A stretch of DNA of 64,000 nt from Callorhinchus milii. Taxonomy: Eukaryota. Made by a program: the position numbers and the translations under genes. A model generated the notes under the pieces. The model saw only the letters and a program-made list of their open reading frames with translations. It was not told where the DNA came from and did no database searches. Shown piece after piece: positions 36,811-49,780 of this stretch (positions within the stretch are counted from its first letter, which is position 1; each line of letters begins with the position of its first letter). The stretch is taken from NCBI RefSeq assembly GCF_018977255.1, contig NW_024704743.1, positions 68,450,001 through 68,514,000 of the forward strand. Direction: 5' to 3'.

Positions 36811-38878
36811 TCACCTGGTACAACAACAATCTCCGCCGCTAAAAACCCGGCTACTCGAGCGCAGATGGCGGAAAACTGGCCTGACAGTTCACCGCCAACT
36901 GTGGCTCGAGCATCTCCACAGCTACCGCCGTTCTTTGACACGTGCAAAAACGGCCTTCTACTCCAACATCATCTTGGAGGCTAAACACAACTCTAAAATC
37001 CTTTTTTCCACCACCCACTACCTCCTCCGTGCCCCCCTCAGGCCTCCTCAATCTTTACATCAAATGCCAAGTGCGAGGAAGTCATGGACTTCTTTTCATA
37101 TAAAATTCACAACATCCACCAGGCAGCCTCATCCACCTGCCCCTTGTCACCCACCACCACCCTCTCTGTCCCCCTCACCCTCCCTATCATCTGTTCCTAC
37201 CACCACCTCCATCCTACATTCCTTCCTCCCCATCTCTCCCTCCTCCCTCTCACTCACCATCACCTCCATGAAACCCACCACCTGCTGCCTTGATCCCCTC
37301 CCCACCAACTTGCTGGTCACCCAGCTCCCCCTCCTCTGCCCACTACTGGCTGACGTCATCAACCAGTCCCTCTCCTCCGGATCAGTCCCTGCCCCCCTCA
37401 AAACTGCTATCATCACCCCCCTCCTCAAAAAACCTTCCCTTGATCCCTCAAACCCCAGCCACTACCGCCCTATTTCTAACCTGCCCTTCCTCGTAAAACT
37501 CCTAGAATGCGATCAACTTCGCACACACCTCTCCTCCCATTCCCTCTTTGAACCCCTCCAGTTCAGTTTCCGCCTGCCCACAGTACAGAGACTGCGCTTG
37601 TGAAAGCCACAAACGACATCCTCTCTATCTGTGACCAGGGCTCCCTCTGCCTCCTTGTCCTCCTGGACCTCTCAGCCGCATTCGACACAGTCGATCACGC
37701 CATCCTCCTCCACCGCCTTTCCTCCGTCATCCACCTCAGTGGGACCGCACTCGCCTGGTTCGAATCCTACCTCACAAACTGCCAGCAGTACATCTGCACA
37801 GACGGCTTCTACTACCGCTCTCACCCAGTTACCTGTGGGGTACCCCAAGGATCCATCCTTGGCCCCCTCCTCTTTCTGATCTACATGCTCCCTCTTGGGG
37901 ATGTCATCCGCAGACATGGGGTGCATTTCCACATGTATGAAGATGACACCCAACTCTATTTTTCCACCTCTCTTTGCGACCCCCAGTTTCCTGATGTTCT
38001 GTCAGCCTGCCTGTCAGACCCCAGGGGCTGAATGAGCACAAATTTCCTTCAGCTGAACATTGACAAGACGGAAGCCATACTGTTTGGCTCTCGTCAATGT
38101 CTAAGATCTCATGGTTCTCACTTCCTCCACCAACCCGAACTCCCCCTAATACTCTTCGAACCTGTACGCAACCTATGCTTCAGGTTCGACCCCCAATTAT
38201 CCTTCCTCCCCCACATCCGGTCCCTCACCAGAACTGCTTTCTTCCACCTCCGAAGTATCGCCTGTCTCTGCCAATACCTTACTCCAAAAGCCACTGAAAC
38301 CCTGATCCATGCCTTTGTCACCTCTTGGCTGGACTATTCAAACGTCCTCCTCACCGGCCTCCCCTCTACTACCATCCATAAAATCCAGATTATTCAAAAC
38401 TCTGCCGCCCGCATTCTCCCCGCACCAAACTCTGCTCCCCGATTACCCCAGTCCTTACCAGACCGCACTGGCTGCCTGTCCCAGAGAGGATTGATTTCAA
38501 GATCCTCACCCTTGTCTTCAAATCCCTCCACTCCTCTGCACCCCCCTACCTCTCTGACCTCCTTTCTCCTCAAAACAGTGCCTGTTGCCTTCATTCTTCT
38601 GGGTCTGGCCTCCTCCTTGTCCCCCGAGTCCTCCGCTCCACCCTCGGCAGCCGTGCCTTCAGCCACTATGTCCCGAGGTTCTGGAACTCTCCTCACTCCC
38701 TTCGCCTCGCCCCCTCTCTTCCTACTTTCAGGTCTTTGCTGAAGACCTTTCTTTTCGACCGCACCTTTGGTCACCTTCCTCCCCCTGGCTCGGTCCCGGG
38801 ATCCGTTACTGTGAAGCGCTCTGAGGCACCATCCGGCGTGGAAGGCGCTGTATAAATCCAAGTTGTTGTTGTTGTTGA
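36811..38878 (+). pseudogene. Longest L2-clade LINE copy (5'-truncated, frameshifted ORF2 with RT domain; family B tail)
   Basis: [65 protein letters not shown] (YADD altered), FLQLNIDKTE; tail gaggcaccatccggcgtggaaggcgctgtataaatccaagttgttgttg. Confidence 0.96.
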
Positions 38879-39059
38879 CTGTGGAATTAAATTGAATTAA
38901 GAAAGTAAACTCAAAATAATACTTTCGAATGCACTGAGACAGCTAAATAAAAGAATAGAGGTTTAGAGCTTCAAAGGCAGTTGGGCCAAACTCCCAATTG
39001 GGACATAGATAATCAGGCAAACAAACTTTCCTAATGCCTGCTTGGTAAAAGCACCACTT

Positions 39060-39350
39060 GCTGCAGCACTTGTCCATGCAACCAGATAATGGTTGCAGAA
39101 TCCCAGTATATGGTGTTACCTTATTTCAGTCAGGGCAGTAATAGAAGAGTTACAATTGGCCTCAGCATCTCTGGGTTAGGGATGGTAAAGCAGCTAAGGT
39201 TCTCACTCCTGATTGCTCTCTAGAGAACCATTTGGAAGGTGGCTGTCTCTTGACTGCAAACTATGCTCAACCATGACACCTACCAACACTTATTGTCAAG
39301 GTTGACACATAAAGGGCCCTTGGGTGAAATGTTAGAAGTCAAATATACAA
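39060..39350 (+). mobile_element. AmnSINE2-like SINE, degenerate
   Basis: tacaattggcctcagcatctctgggttagggatgg...ggttctcactcctgattgct...caacacttattgtcaaggttgacacat. Confidence 0.6.
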
Positions 39351-39523
39351 GAGTTGGAGGAAAAGGGATTTAAATGTGGCAGGACAGGAAGGCGAAGAAA
39401 ATTGGCAGGAATTAATGTAAAAAAAATTAGGGCAACTGAGTGGCCCCTCTGGGTTTCACTAACATTTTAAACTAATCGGATTTTGGCCTCTGGTTTAGAA
39501 GAGCTTTACATGCGCACACATAC

Positions 39524-39658
39524 CATGCGTACCACGTCTCCAGTTGAACTGCTCTTTGTAAATCTGGGAAACCTCCAGGGATTTCTCCCACTACTGCATC
39601 TTAGGTTTCTTAACATATGAATTCTGGAGATTGCGATTAAGAATAAAGGTTCATTTGA
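39524..39658 (-). other. Candidate 135-nt exon
   Basis: Strong acceptor cttctcttttattttcccag, donor gtatgt; a single open frame, SNEPLFLIAISRIH...GDVVRM. Confidence 0.25.
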
Positions 39659-40009
39659 CTGGGAAAATAAAAGAGAAGTTCCAGGTTTATCAGATAAATA
39701 TAATATCATTTCCTTCAAGCTGATCAGAATAAACACATGCTTTCAGGCTTAATAGTTGTGCCAAGCTCAATAAATTCCATAATTTATATGGTTCTCTCCC
39801 ACATGTCATTTTACAATTTTTTACTTTATTCCTCTTCCAACTAATATCCGGCATCACTTTCTCCTGTTCCCTTTGTCAGCGCTTTGAGACATTACCCATT
39901 TGAAGGGCACTATGTAAGTGCAAGTTATTGTAGTGGTAAGATAGACAGGAAAAACCCTGTGAAGTCTTCCCAAAGTGAAAGTGAAAAAATCATTATTATT
40001 ATTAGTCGC

Positions 40010-40423
40010 AAGAAGAGTGAAAGAAGAGTTTCGGAGAAGTGTTTTCGCTCAGAGAATTATTGGGATGTACAATGATTGTAAAGTAAGATTCTAGAGGCAG
40101 AATCCATTGTGGGTTTCAAGAGGGAAGTAGACAGCTTAATAAAAAGTAGAGGCTTGAAGTGGTATGGGGTTAGGGCGAGGAACTGGGCCTGAAAATAGCA
40201 ACCATCCATTGGTGAGGGGTCAAACCCATGCTTTTTGGATGTCAAGTGATCAACAGCTGACTATCCTCCTTGGGGGGAGTTAAGCAAGGTCTCCTTGGAG
40301 CTGAACTGGCTCCAAGGTGACATGTTTTTAGGTTAGAAGATCACTCATGATCTTATTATATGGCGGGGCAGGCTCGAGGGGCCGAATGGCTTACTCCTGC
40401 TTCTGTTTCTTACGTTCTTATGT
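40010..40423 (+). mobile_element. CR1 3' end(s) interleaved with family X
   Basis: GFKREVDSLIKSRGLKWYG-like ORF2 end; tail ggctcgaggggccgaatggcttactcctgcttctgtttcttacgttcttatgtt. Confidence 0.8.
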
Positions 40424-40922
40424 TTGGTACGTCACTGGGGGCAGGGATTCTTCGCATTCAGCTCCTGCTAACCCTGCAACCCAAACCCCTAATCAAGTAA
40501 TGTGGTCCTAACTGGCAAGCAATGGGAAAGCTTGCCAGACAGTGATATTAATGGCAAGCTATGCGGTGTTAGCTGGTTAAACTCCAGCAGTACCTCAAAG
40601 CACAATCTGAGGTCACCAAGCCTTGGTTCTTGCCAACCTGCACCTAATTCTTTCCAGAATTAGTTAAGCAGGATGCATCCCTCCAGGGAGAGAGTGAGCA
40701 TTCCATGACACTAAATATCTCTAGAATTTCCATGTGTAGGTGGGATGTATGGAATTCTCAGTTTGGTTTAGATACTCCTAAGCATGGTGAGGGATTTCCA
40801 CGAGGGATTTCAAACACCTGGCTGACCAAAAACAAGTACAGCTTGCTCTGGGAGGTAGTGCAGACTCGATGGCCTGAATGGCCTCCCTCTGTTCGGTAAA
40901 TTTCTATGATTCTATAATTCTA
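40200..40922 (+). repeat. Repeat family X with CR1-type 3' tail
   Basis: Head segment 40205-40320; body 40430-40800; ends gcagactcgatggcctgaatggcctccctctgttcggtaaatttctatgattctat. Confidence 0.65.
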
Positions 40923-42454
40923 AGTTACTTTATGCCAACTCAGGAAAGAGAGCAGGCGCACAAACAACCTGTGCCAATTCTTTGCCAATGGCAGGCTGTT
41001 TAAACATGCATATGAATGGCATTTTTAGGCCATTGATAATATATCATGCCTGGGCTGGAAAAAATTCCAATCCTGAAGTTGTGCCTTCAGGATTTAATTT
41101 ATTATAATATTTTCTACCTGCATTTTAAGCAGCAGATTTGTGCCTTGCAGTCCTGATTTCTGTGTATGAATTAAGAATGTGTTAACATAAATGTAAAAAT
41201 AATCCTTACATTTGGTATATTTAATATTTATATTTAATATGAGGAGGACATCCAAAGAGCTTCACAGGATATTACTGTGAAGTAAAGTGCCTGTGTATTT
41301 GTAGGTGAATCCCTGTAGTCATTGTACATAGCAATGTCCCACAAACAACCATGAAGCAACTGACCAGTTTTATTTGTGGGATTGCTAGCCAGGAAACCAG
41401 AAGCAACTCCCTTCTCTATAAAAATATAAATATCTTTGATAAAAAAATAAACTTTGCAGCAATTTGTTTTGTTTCAGGAGGTGGAAGATCTAGCTCTTGG
41501 TTTTGTCTTGCTAATGTCATACTAAATAAAGTCACATCAGAAGGTAGGATTGCACAGGCTAGAAAAGGCCATTGCAGTCCATTTGGCCTGGGCAATGTTT
41601 AACATTGTCCACATTAGAGTTAGAAGAACCCCACAATAAAATTGGACACTCATAGCTGCTTGTGGGACATTGCCTTGCGCAAATTGGCTGCAGCATTTTG
41701 CCCACAAAACACACAGTCACTGTGCTATACAGTATATCCTTGAAGCACTTTGAAATGTCCTCTTGACTTGAAAGCACTATACAAAATGTAAGGATTGTTA
41801 TTTTATTATTGTCATGTTGCTCTCTTCACATTCTCTGTGGAAAGTAGTTGGATATAAATTGTCTGCCTATCTTCCCTCTTCTGAGCTTGAACCCTTCCCC
41901 TTGAGGTAGAGATTTTGGTTAATTCAAACCAATTATTCTTTGAGTTGTGGATGTGCCAACTGGGATCTATCAAGACTGTTAAAAATACAACTCAGAATTC
42001 TTGACAGAAATCATCACCGCTTCAAATTACAGGGGCAACTGGGTGTTACAATTCATCAGCTAGTCGCATTTTCTTTAATCTCTGGGACATATTGAATCCG
42101 TATAAAAGGAAATGAAGACCCTTTCCATGTAGCTATTAACAGTAATAAACAAATTCCACTCTGTGTAGGTCCACCAATTAACAAACATTTGTTTAATTTC
42201 TTCTCTGTAGTAACAAACATTACTTCCCCTCGCTAATTTTCACCTTCAATCTCTTCTCCTGAAAGCACTGCACATGTCAACAGTCAGAGAGTTACACCCT
42301 ATTCATTAGGCTTGTGGCACCTTGGGGCATCCTCCTGACATGAAAGGCATTTTATAAATGCAATTTGTTTGACTTGTTTGTTAACAGAAGTGGGAAAAAT
42401 TCCTGTTCTCAATGTCCAAAGGATGGTACTCCCAAAGATCCAGTCCACCCTCAG

Positions 42455-44020
42455 TACTGTACTACTCGCCAACATCGTCAACCTCTCCCTGTCATCTGGC
42501 ACTGATCCCTCCCCCCTCAAAACAGCCACTATCACCCCCACCTTGAAGAAACCTTCCCTCGAGCCATCACAGCTATCCAGCTACCGGCCCATCTCAAATC
42601 TCTCCTTCCTATCCAAGGTCTTTGAGAAACCTGTTGCCTCCCAGGTTCGCCCTTTCCTCTCCTCTCACTCCCTCCATGAACCCCTCCAATCGGGTTTCCG
42701 ACTGCTCTGGTCAAGGTCACAAACGACACCCTGACCATGTGTGACCAGGGCTCCCTCTGCCTCCTCATCCTCCTCGACCTCTCCGCTGCCTTTGACACTG
42801 TGGAACACTCAATCCTCCTCCAACGCCTCTCCTCCCACCTCAACCTTCAGGTCCTACCTTTCACACCGCCTCCACTTCATCGCGGCAAACGGCTTCTCCT
42901 CCAGCCTCCGCATGGTCTTGTGCTGTGTTCCTCAGGGCTCTATCCTCGGTCCCCTCCTCTTCACCCTCTACATGCTCCCCCTTGATGACATCATCCGTAG
43001 ACATGGGATAAATTTCTACATGTATGCGGATGACACCCAACTCTACCTCCACCCTCAACTCCAGGACTACTGGCGTCCTGACCGACTGCCTGTCCGACAT
43101 CAAGTCCTGGACGAGGGCCAACTTTCAACGTCAGCAAGACTGAGGCCCTCCTGATTGGCTCGCGCCAGCGCCTCCGCACCTCAGGCGCTGGCAGCATCAG
43201 CCTCCACGACTGCACACTCAACCTCACTAAGCCAGTCAGTAACCTGGGTATATTGTTTGACCCTGAACTGTCCTTTCTCCCCCACATCCGCACCATGACT
43301 GGCACTGCCTACAACCACCTCCTCAACATTGCCAGACTCCGCCACTGCCTCACCCCTCAGGCTGCCGAAACCCTCACCCAGGCATTTGTCACATTAAAGC
43401 TGGATTATGGGAACTACCTACTCATCAGCCTTCCCAACTGTTCCCTTCACAAGCTGCAGATCATCCAAAACTCTGCAGCTCATGTACTCTCACACACCAG
43501 ACTCTGTGACCCCATCACTCCCACCCTCTCCCGACTCCACTGGCTCCCCATCCCCCAGAGGATTGAGTTCAAGATCCTCATCCTCACCTTTAAGGCCATC
43601 CATGGCCTTGCCGCCTCCTACCTCTCTGACCTGCTGACTCCCTACCAACCTGCCCACTCCCTCCGTGTGACCAACCTGCCCGCTCCCTCCATATATCAGG
43701 CTTCGGCCTGCTCCATGTCTCCCGCCCGACCCGCCCTACCATTGGTGGCCGGGGTTTCAGCCTCTCTGCCCCCACACTCTGGAACTCCATCCCACGATCC
43801 CTTCTCCTCGCTTCCTCCCTTGCCTCCCTTAAGGCCGTCTCAAGACCCTTATCTTCGACCGTGCCTTTGGTCTCCCTCCCACCTCTTTGCCTTCCCTAAC
43901 CCCTACACCACCCCTCCCCCATTCTCGGGCCCCGACACCTGACTGTTCAGCGCTTTGGAACATCGTCCCAACGTGAAAGGTGCTCTATAAATGTAATTTT
44001 GTTGTTGTTGTTGTTGTTGG
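42455..44020 (+). pseudogene. L2 LINE (RT domain to 3' tail, family A), frameshifted
   Basis: [52 protein letters not shown]; (ttg)n tail. Confidence 0.96.
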
Positions 44021-44166
44021 TATATCAGCCCGAAAAAGAGCCTAGGTCCCAAAATGGGGCTTGTAACCACAACTTTTGACCCAGATTCATGAGTGCTACT
44101 AACTGAACCACTGACTGTGACACAGCACTTTAACATTTTGAAAAGTAAATATCCGAGCAGACTTAC

Positions 44167-44360
44167 AAAGAAGGATACAGAGTCTTTATGAGAAACACAT
44201 TTTTGGCTTATTCTGACAATTTTACAAACTCTCTCAGATACTTCCCTTTCTCCTAAGTCTCCGATTTCAAGATTTACATGTGCTAACTTGAATACATCGT
44301 TGTAAAGGCAATAGACGTTGGTGTACAAAACCCCTAGCAATATGCTGGAGTTTTTGTACT
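44167..44360 (-). other. Candidate 194-nt coding exon
   Basis: cag|AG TAC...TTC TTT|gtaagt; 64 open codons YKNSSILLGVLYTNVYCLYNDVFKLAHVNLEIGDLGEREVSERVCKIVRISQKCVSHKDSVSFF; weak polypyrimidine tract. Confidence 0.3.
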
Positions 44361-45674
44361 CTGTTTAATGTGTATGTGGCAATTTCAGCTCTGTGGTTTG
44401 GGTTAATGATGAAGCTAATGACAATGCTTCTACAGTTCCTCCAGATGTCTTTCTTTTTTTTAATAAGGCAAATGTTACACTGCCAAGACTCTACCACGCT
44501 TGTTGGAAACTTTATCTCCAGACGCTGTGGAAAGAAATTCAGGAAGTATTTTTTTCCTTTAAGATGTACAAGAAGATTAACATAATATGGATCGCTTCAG
44601 TGCACAGAATTGCAGTCTATGAACAACAATGAGGTGAATAGTCAATGAATTTGAATTACGTAGAATGTTACAGCACAGAAAAATTACAACAACTTGAAAG
44701 ACCGTGCCAGTATTTATGCTCCACATAAGACTTCATCCCTCTTCTCCTTTCCCACATCCATCAGTTCCCTTCAAAAGATCCTACATTATTGAAATAACTA
44801 TACAATTTTAATCCATTACCTTCTGGGTTATGGGCCCAGCACCCTTCCCCTGCACCGCACTACTGATCCTGCAGTATATTTGAGGCACTACAAAAAGGAA
44901 CCCTAAAGAATGTTAGTTAAACTATTAATGGTAATAAAAAAGAAGTTGTGGTACTGAATACTACAAACTATTATGTGTTAATTAACGCATTGTAGAAAAA
45001 ATACAGCCAGTCAATAACTAAAGATATTGAATAGTCCATAGACTGGTCCAAAGATATTGGCACCCTCCTGCATCCCCCCTCCCACTCTAAATCCATCACA
45101 ATGGTTCAAAATTTTGGCCCGCACTGTCCATTGGACCTGCCCATCCATTGGAGTGCTACTTTGTGAGATATTGGCTTAACTTGTATTTGTTTTATTGAAT
45201 TCAGCACTGCAATGATGTGATCCATAGAATGGCAAGTCCAAAAAATTATATGGGCCAACTTCAAGCCCATCCACTGTGACAGAGACTTGAGGACAGAGAG
45301 GATTTTTTTTAGTGATTAGTGATTGACTGACCCTGTTGAACACATTTCAATGGTGTGTTAAGTAACATTGTGGTAATTAATGCATCACAGGTCACAATTT
45401 TTACTCCATGGTATTTTTTAGTAATGGAAAGGAACTTACCAACAGTTACTGACATCATGTGTTGCCCAATAAACACACTCACTTCAATCTCTTTCACCTA
45501 TAGACAGCTGTAACTTTATAGTGTATTACTGGCTTACAGCTGACATGAATTAAAATGCACAGTGTTTGCATTGGAGTTATTTTAAAACCATCTGCAAAAG
45601 CAAGTTGAGTTTGAATCAGAATGATGCAGCCTTTTTGCATCAAATCCCAACATTTCTGCAACACATGCATCAAG

Positions 45675-45998
45675 TATTCAAGTCCCTGCACTCCTCTACA
45701 CCCCATACCTCTCTGACCTCCTCTCTCCTCAGCACAGTACCCATTTGCCTTCGTTCCTCCGGGTCTGGTCTCCTCCTTGTCCCCCGAGTCCTCCGCTCCA
45801 CCTTCGGCAGCCATGCCTTCAGTCACTGCGCCCCGAGGCTTTGGAACCACCTTCTTCACTCCCTTCATCTCGCTCTCTCCCTTCCCATTTTCAGGTCTCT
45901 GCTGAAGACCTTTCTTTTCGACCGCGCCTTTGGTCACCTTCCCAGCCCTCCCCCTGGCTCGGTCCCGGGATCCTAAACTGTAAAGTGTTTTGAGACGC
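45675..45998 (+). mobile_element. L2 3' fragment (family B), tail cut
   Basis: Matches 38515-38830 (ccctggctcggtcccgggatcc). Confidence 0.92.
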
Positions 45999-45999
45999 C

Positions 46000-46660
46000 G
46001 GGGGAAGGTGACCGTAGGCGCAGTTGAAAAGGAAGGTTTTCAGGCGCGACCTGAAGATGGGGAAGGAGGGGGCGAGGCAAAGGGGTTGAGGGAGGGAGTT
46101 CCAAAGTTTTGGGGTGTAGTGGCTGAAGGCACGGCCACCGATGGTGGAGCGGAGGATTCGGAGGACACAGAGGAGGCCGGACCTAGTAGAGCAGAGACAG
46201 TGGGTACAGCTGCGGGGAGGGAGGAGGTTAGAGAGGTAGGGGGCTGCCAAGGAATGGAGGGATTTAAACACTAGAGTGAGGATCTTGAAGTCAATCCGCT
46301 CTGTGACAGGGAGCCAGTGGAGTTTGGCAAAGACTGGGGTAATCGGGGTACAAAGCTCAGTGTGGGTGAGAATGCGGGCAGCGGAGTTTTGAATGAGCTG
46401 GATTTTGTGAATAGTGGAGGAGGGGAGACCAGCAAGGAGGGCGTTAGAGTCCAGCCGAGAGGTGACAAAGGCATGGAAAAGGGTTTCAGCAGCTTTTGGG
46501 GTGAGGTATTATTGGAGACAGGCAACAAGGTGGAGGTGAAAGAAAGTGGTCCTGGTCAGGAACCAGATGTGGGGGAGGAAGGATAACTGGGGATCAAACC
46601 TTGGCCCAAGTTACGCATGGGTTCAGAAAATTTTAAGGACAGGTCGAGTCGGTTGAGGTG
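46000..46660 (-). mobile_element. L2 fragment (family B), tail-to-tail with the previous copy
   Basis: FKSLHSLAAPYLSNLL...IGGRAFSHYTPKLWNSLP. Confidence 0.92.
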
Positions 46661-47019
46661 GTCGGAAACATGGGACAGAAAAACAACAACAACCACAAGC
46701 ATTTATATAGCACTCTTCACATGGGGTAGTATCCCGGAGTACTTTACAATAGATCCTGTGAAGCCTTTGAGACACTTCAACAATATGATAAAGCACTATT
46801 ATCACAACAATAACAAACAACAACTTGCACTTATATAGCGCCCTTCATCTCAGAGGGCTTAACAGTGGCGGAATCTGACTTATTTGTAATTTGTTCTTGC
46901 AGGACACAGTCCTGAGTCAAGCAGAGATGCAGCTCCAATACTGGATAGATAGAGTTTGGTTTGGGCAAACATGAGCAGAACTCCATTCAACCACCATACC
47001 AACTTGTATTTATATATGC

Positions 47020-47500
47020 CCATCACATAGAATAATGTCTCAGTCCATTTTACAAAGACTAGATTGGATGCCAAGCCAGGAAGAGGCGATAGGGGGAGAG
47101 GGAAGGAGGTGGTGACCATAGGCACAGTCAAAGAGGTCAAAGAGATAGGTTTTAAGGTGGGAATTAAAAACACATAAAGAGGGGGTGAGATGGAAAGGTA
47201 GAGGGAGGGAGTTCCCAGAGGTTAGGACGTAGAATCTGAGGCATCACCCACTAATGATGGTGTGGAGAAGGCAGGGAATGTCCAGTGAGCACAAGTTAGC
47301 TGAGTGGAGCGCACCAGCAGGGGAGTGGGAGAAGAGAAAATCAGGGAGATAGGGAGATGCTAGGGCAAGAAGGGATTTACAAGTGAAATTGAGGACCTTG
47401 AAATTAATTCATTAGGAGACGGGAAGAGAATGGAGCCTAGCGAGGAGTGTGGCATGGATAAGGGTTTCAATAACATTTAGTGTGAATTAGAGGTGGCATT
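47020..47500 (-). mobile_element. Old degenerate L2 3' region
   Basis: gtgaccataggcacagtcaaagagg, gggagttcccagagg, gaggaccttgaaattaatt typical of reverse-strand L2. Confidence 0.65.
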
Positions 47501-48949
47501 CTTTTCGGCTTTTCTGAAACATCTATATCATTAATCAGTTTTTTACACTCACTAAACTTGGTAGTAATTACCATAAAGTGCCTTGAGGCATTTCAATATG
47601 CTGTAAAAATAATAATAGTGTTTATAATCCTTGAATTTGGTATAGTGCCTTATCACGTCGTTGAGATGTCTCAATGGGCTTCATAGTGTAGAGTGGATTC
47701 ACTCTGTATTTTGTGGGTGAAACGCAGCAGTCAATTGCGCATAGCAGTGTCTGATAATTAGTTGTGGATTGAGTGACCAAAATTTTTTTGGGTGGAGGGA
47801 TTATGACTCTCAGAATGTGAGCAGCAACCAAATAGGACTTTCTTCTTCTTTCATGTGTTTCAAAAGTAATCAAACATATAGGTTACTTCATATTATACTT
47901 TGCGATATTCCCGTAGACATTTGCAGCATTCGGATTCAACCTTGGCATAACATTGCACCTCAGTAAAAGCCAATGTCCCTGTATATTTTTGAAGCAGCTG
48001 CATTTTACTGCATGAGTTTAAGATTTTCTTCAGATAGCTTAAATGGTTTTCCTCATATTTATTTTAGATCTCCAACTCTCCAGAATGAGATCAGACATTG
48101 GAGCTGACAGCAACCTATGGAGAATAGCTTTCTGTCTTTCTTCAAAAGGAAACTGTGTTAGGGAGATGGATTTTAAATACAAAGATTCTTATGCAGAAAT
48201 TGTGTGTTTGAAATTGAGCTACGTTGCAGCATTTTATTTTACTTAGTATGAAGCCTCTTTACGTCCTGGAATTTTAAGTGACGCTGTATATTTAGTTGAC
48301 ATTAACCTCATGTCGCATTATTTATAAAATAGCAATTCAAAAAAGGATGAGCATCAGATTGCTCTGAGCCCCAAAGGCCTTTTGAAAAAAACAGGTTGAA
48401 AGACAAAATTGGTGTATTTGTACTTATCAGTCCTTTTAATTCTATACTAAAGAGTGGGAAAAATTTTGTTTCCAAGTGAAGCAGTGTACCAACAAGTATC
48501 AAGGAAATATTCTTGTTTATAGAGTAGTTTGTTATCCAGGACAATGTTATTATGAACTTGTTTTCGAGATAATATTTTGTTTATGTAAATTGTTGCAATA
48601 GAATGGCATTCAACTGCATTCAGTGATGTCTGTACTGTATACGTGATTGTGATTTAGTGCTGAGAGGTGTCACATTGTAGAAAGGAGAGTTTGCAAGACA
48701 GCTTTTTGGAAATCCAGACACACTATGCCATATTGTTTCTCACTGTCAAATTCAATTAACACTTCCTTTAAAAAGTCTATAATAAGAAGAAGAATTGTTG
48801 AATTTCAAATAATGTCTTATCACAACATCAAAACATTTCAAAACACTTCCCAGGATTTTCACTGTGAAATGTAATGACTGATATTTTACAAGTGATATAT
48901 ACATATAATACATATATATATGATGGGGCGGGCAAGGATATATATATTC

Positions 48950-49233
48950 TCCACTTGCCCGCCCCACCATTGGCGGTCAGGCCTTCAGCCTCTCTGCCCC
49001 CACCTGCTGAAACTTCATCTCAGTCCCTCCACCTCACCCCATCCCTGGTCTCTTTCAAGACCCCATCTCAATACCCTCCTTTTCAACCAAGCCTTCGGTC
49101 ACCCCCCTTTCCCTATTCTCCCCACCCTCCACCCTTCTGATCCCAACCACCAGCTTGGGTGCAGATCCCTGACTGTCCAGTGCCTTGGGACGTCCTCCTG
49201 ACGTGAAAGGCACTATACAAATATAATTGGTTG
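48950..49233 (+). mobile_element. L2 3' fragment (family A) flanked by TA-rich simple repeats
   Basis: ccaccattggcggtcaggccttcagcc...ttgggacgtcctcctgacgtgaaaggcactatacaaat. Confidence 0.9.
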
Positions 49234-49587
49234 ATATATATAACATATACAACATATATATAATACACTATATATGTATATATTTATATGTATTGTATGC
49301 ATCAAACACAGTTTACCCCTTCTCCAGATATCTTACCTGTGTTATATAATGTTATCTTTATCCAGGTAATCTTTCATTTTGCTTCTAATGACTGAATCGT
49401 GCAATAAACCACCCATTTATAAAAAACATTTGCGGGGAAAAAACATTAAAACATTAAAGATAGTGGGCTAGAGATTGTGGTAGCCAAACAGTAGTGGAGT
49501 AAACCGGTTTGGAGGGTGGTCTTGTATAATTATTTGCGGGGAGATGTAGGTGGGGGGTGGTTGAGGTCCATGAAAGTCAAAAAGGTG

Positions 49588-49780
49588 ATAATAATAATCC
49601 TTACATTTGGTAATAATAATAATCCTTGCATTTGATATGGTGCTTTTCACATCTTTGAGACGTCCTAGAGCGCTTCACAGAGTATACTGTAAAGTGAATT
49701 GACTGTATATTTGTGGGCGAAACACGGCAGCCAATTGCACACAACAGTCATGGATTGAGTGGCCAAATTATTGTTTTTTT
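49588..49780 (-). mobile_element. Truncated young SINE with duplicated tail end
   Basis: aataataatccttacatttgg followed by taataataataatccttgcatttgatatgg. Confidence 0.85.

Noticed and set aside
36811..38878. Active retroelement or novel RT system (retron/DGR-like)
   Set aside because: Ordinary L2-clade RT motifs, 5'-truncated, several frameshifts and stops, catalytic motif altered to YEDD
49337..49392. Minus-strand exon-like segment with a gtaaga donor
   Set aside because: Reads IRSKMKDYLDKDNII followed by a stop; better explained as a decayed CR1-type RT relic
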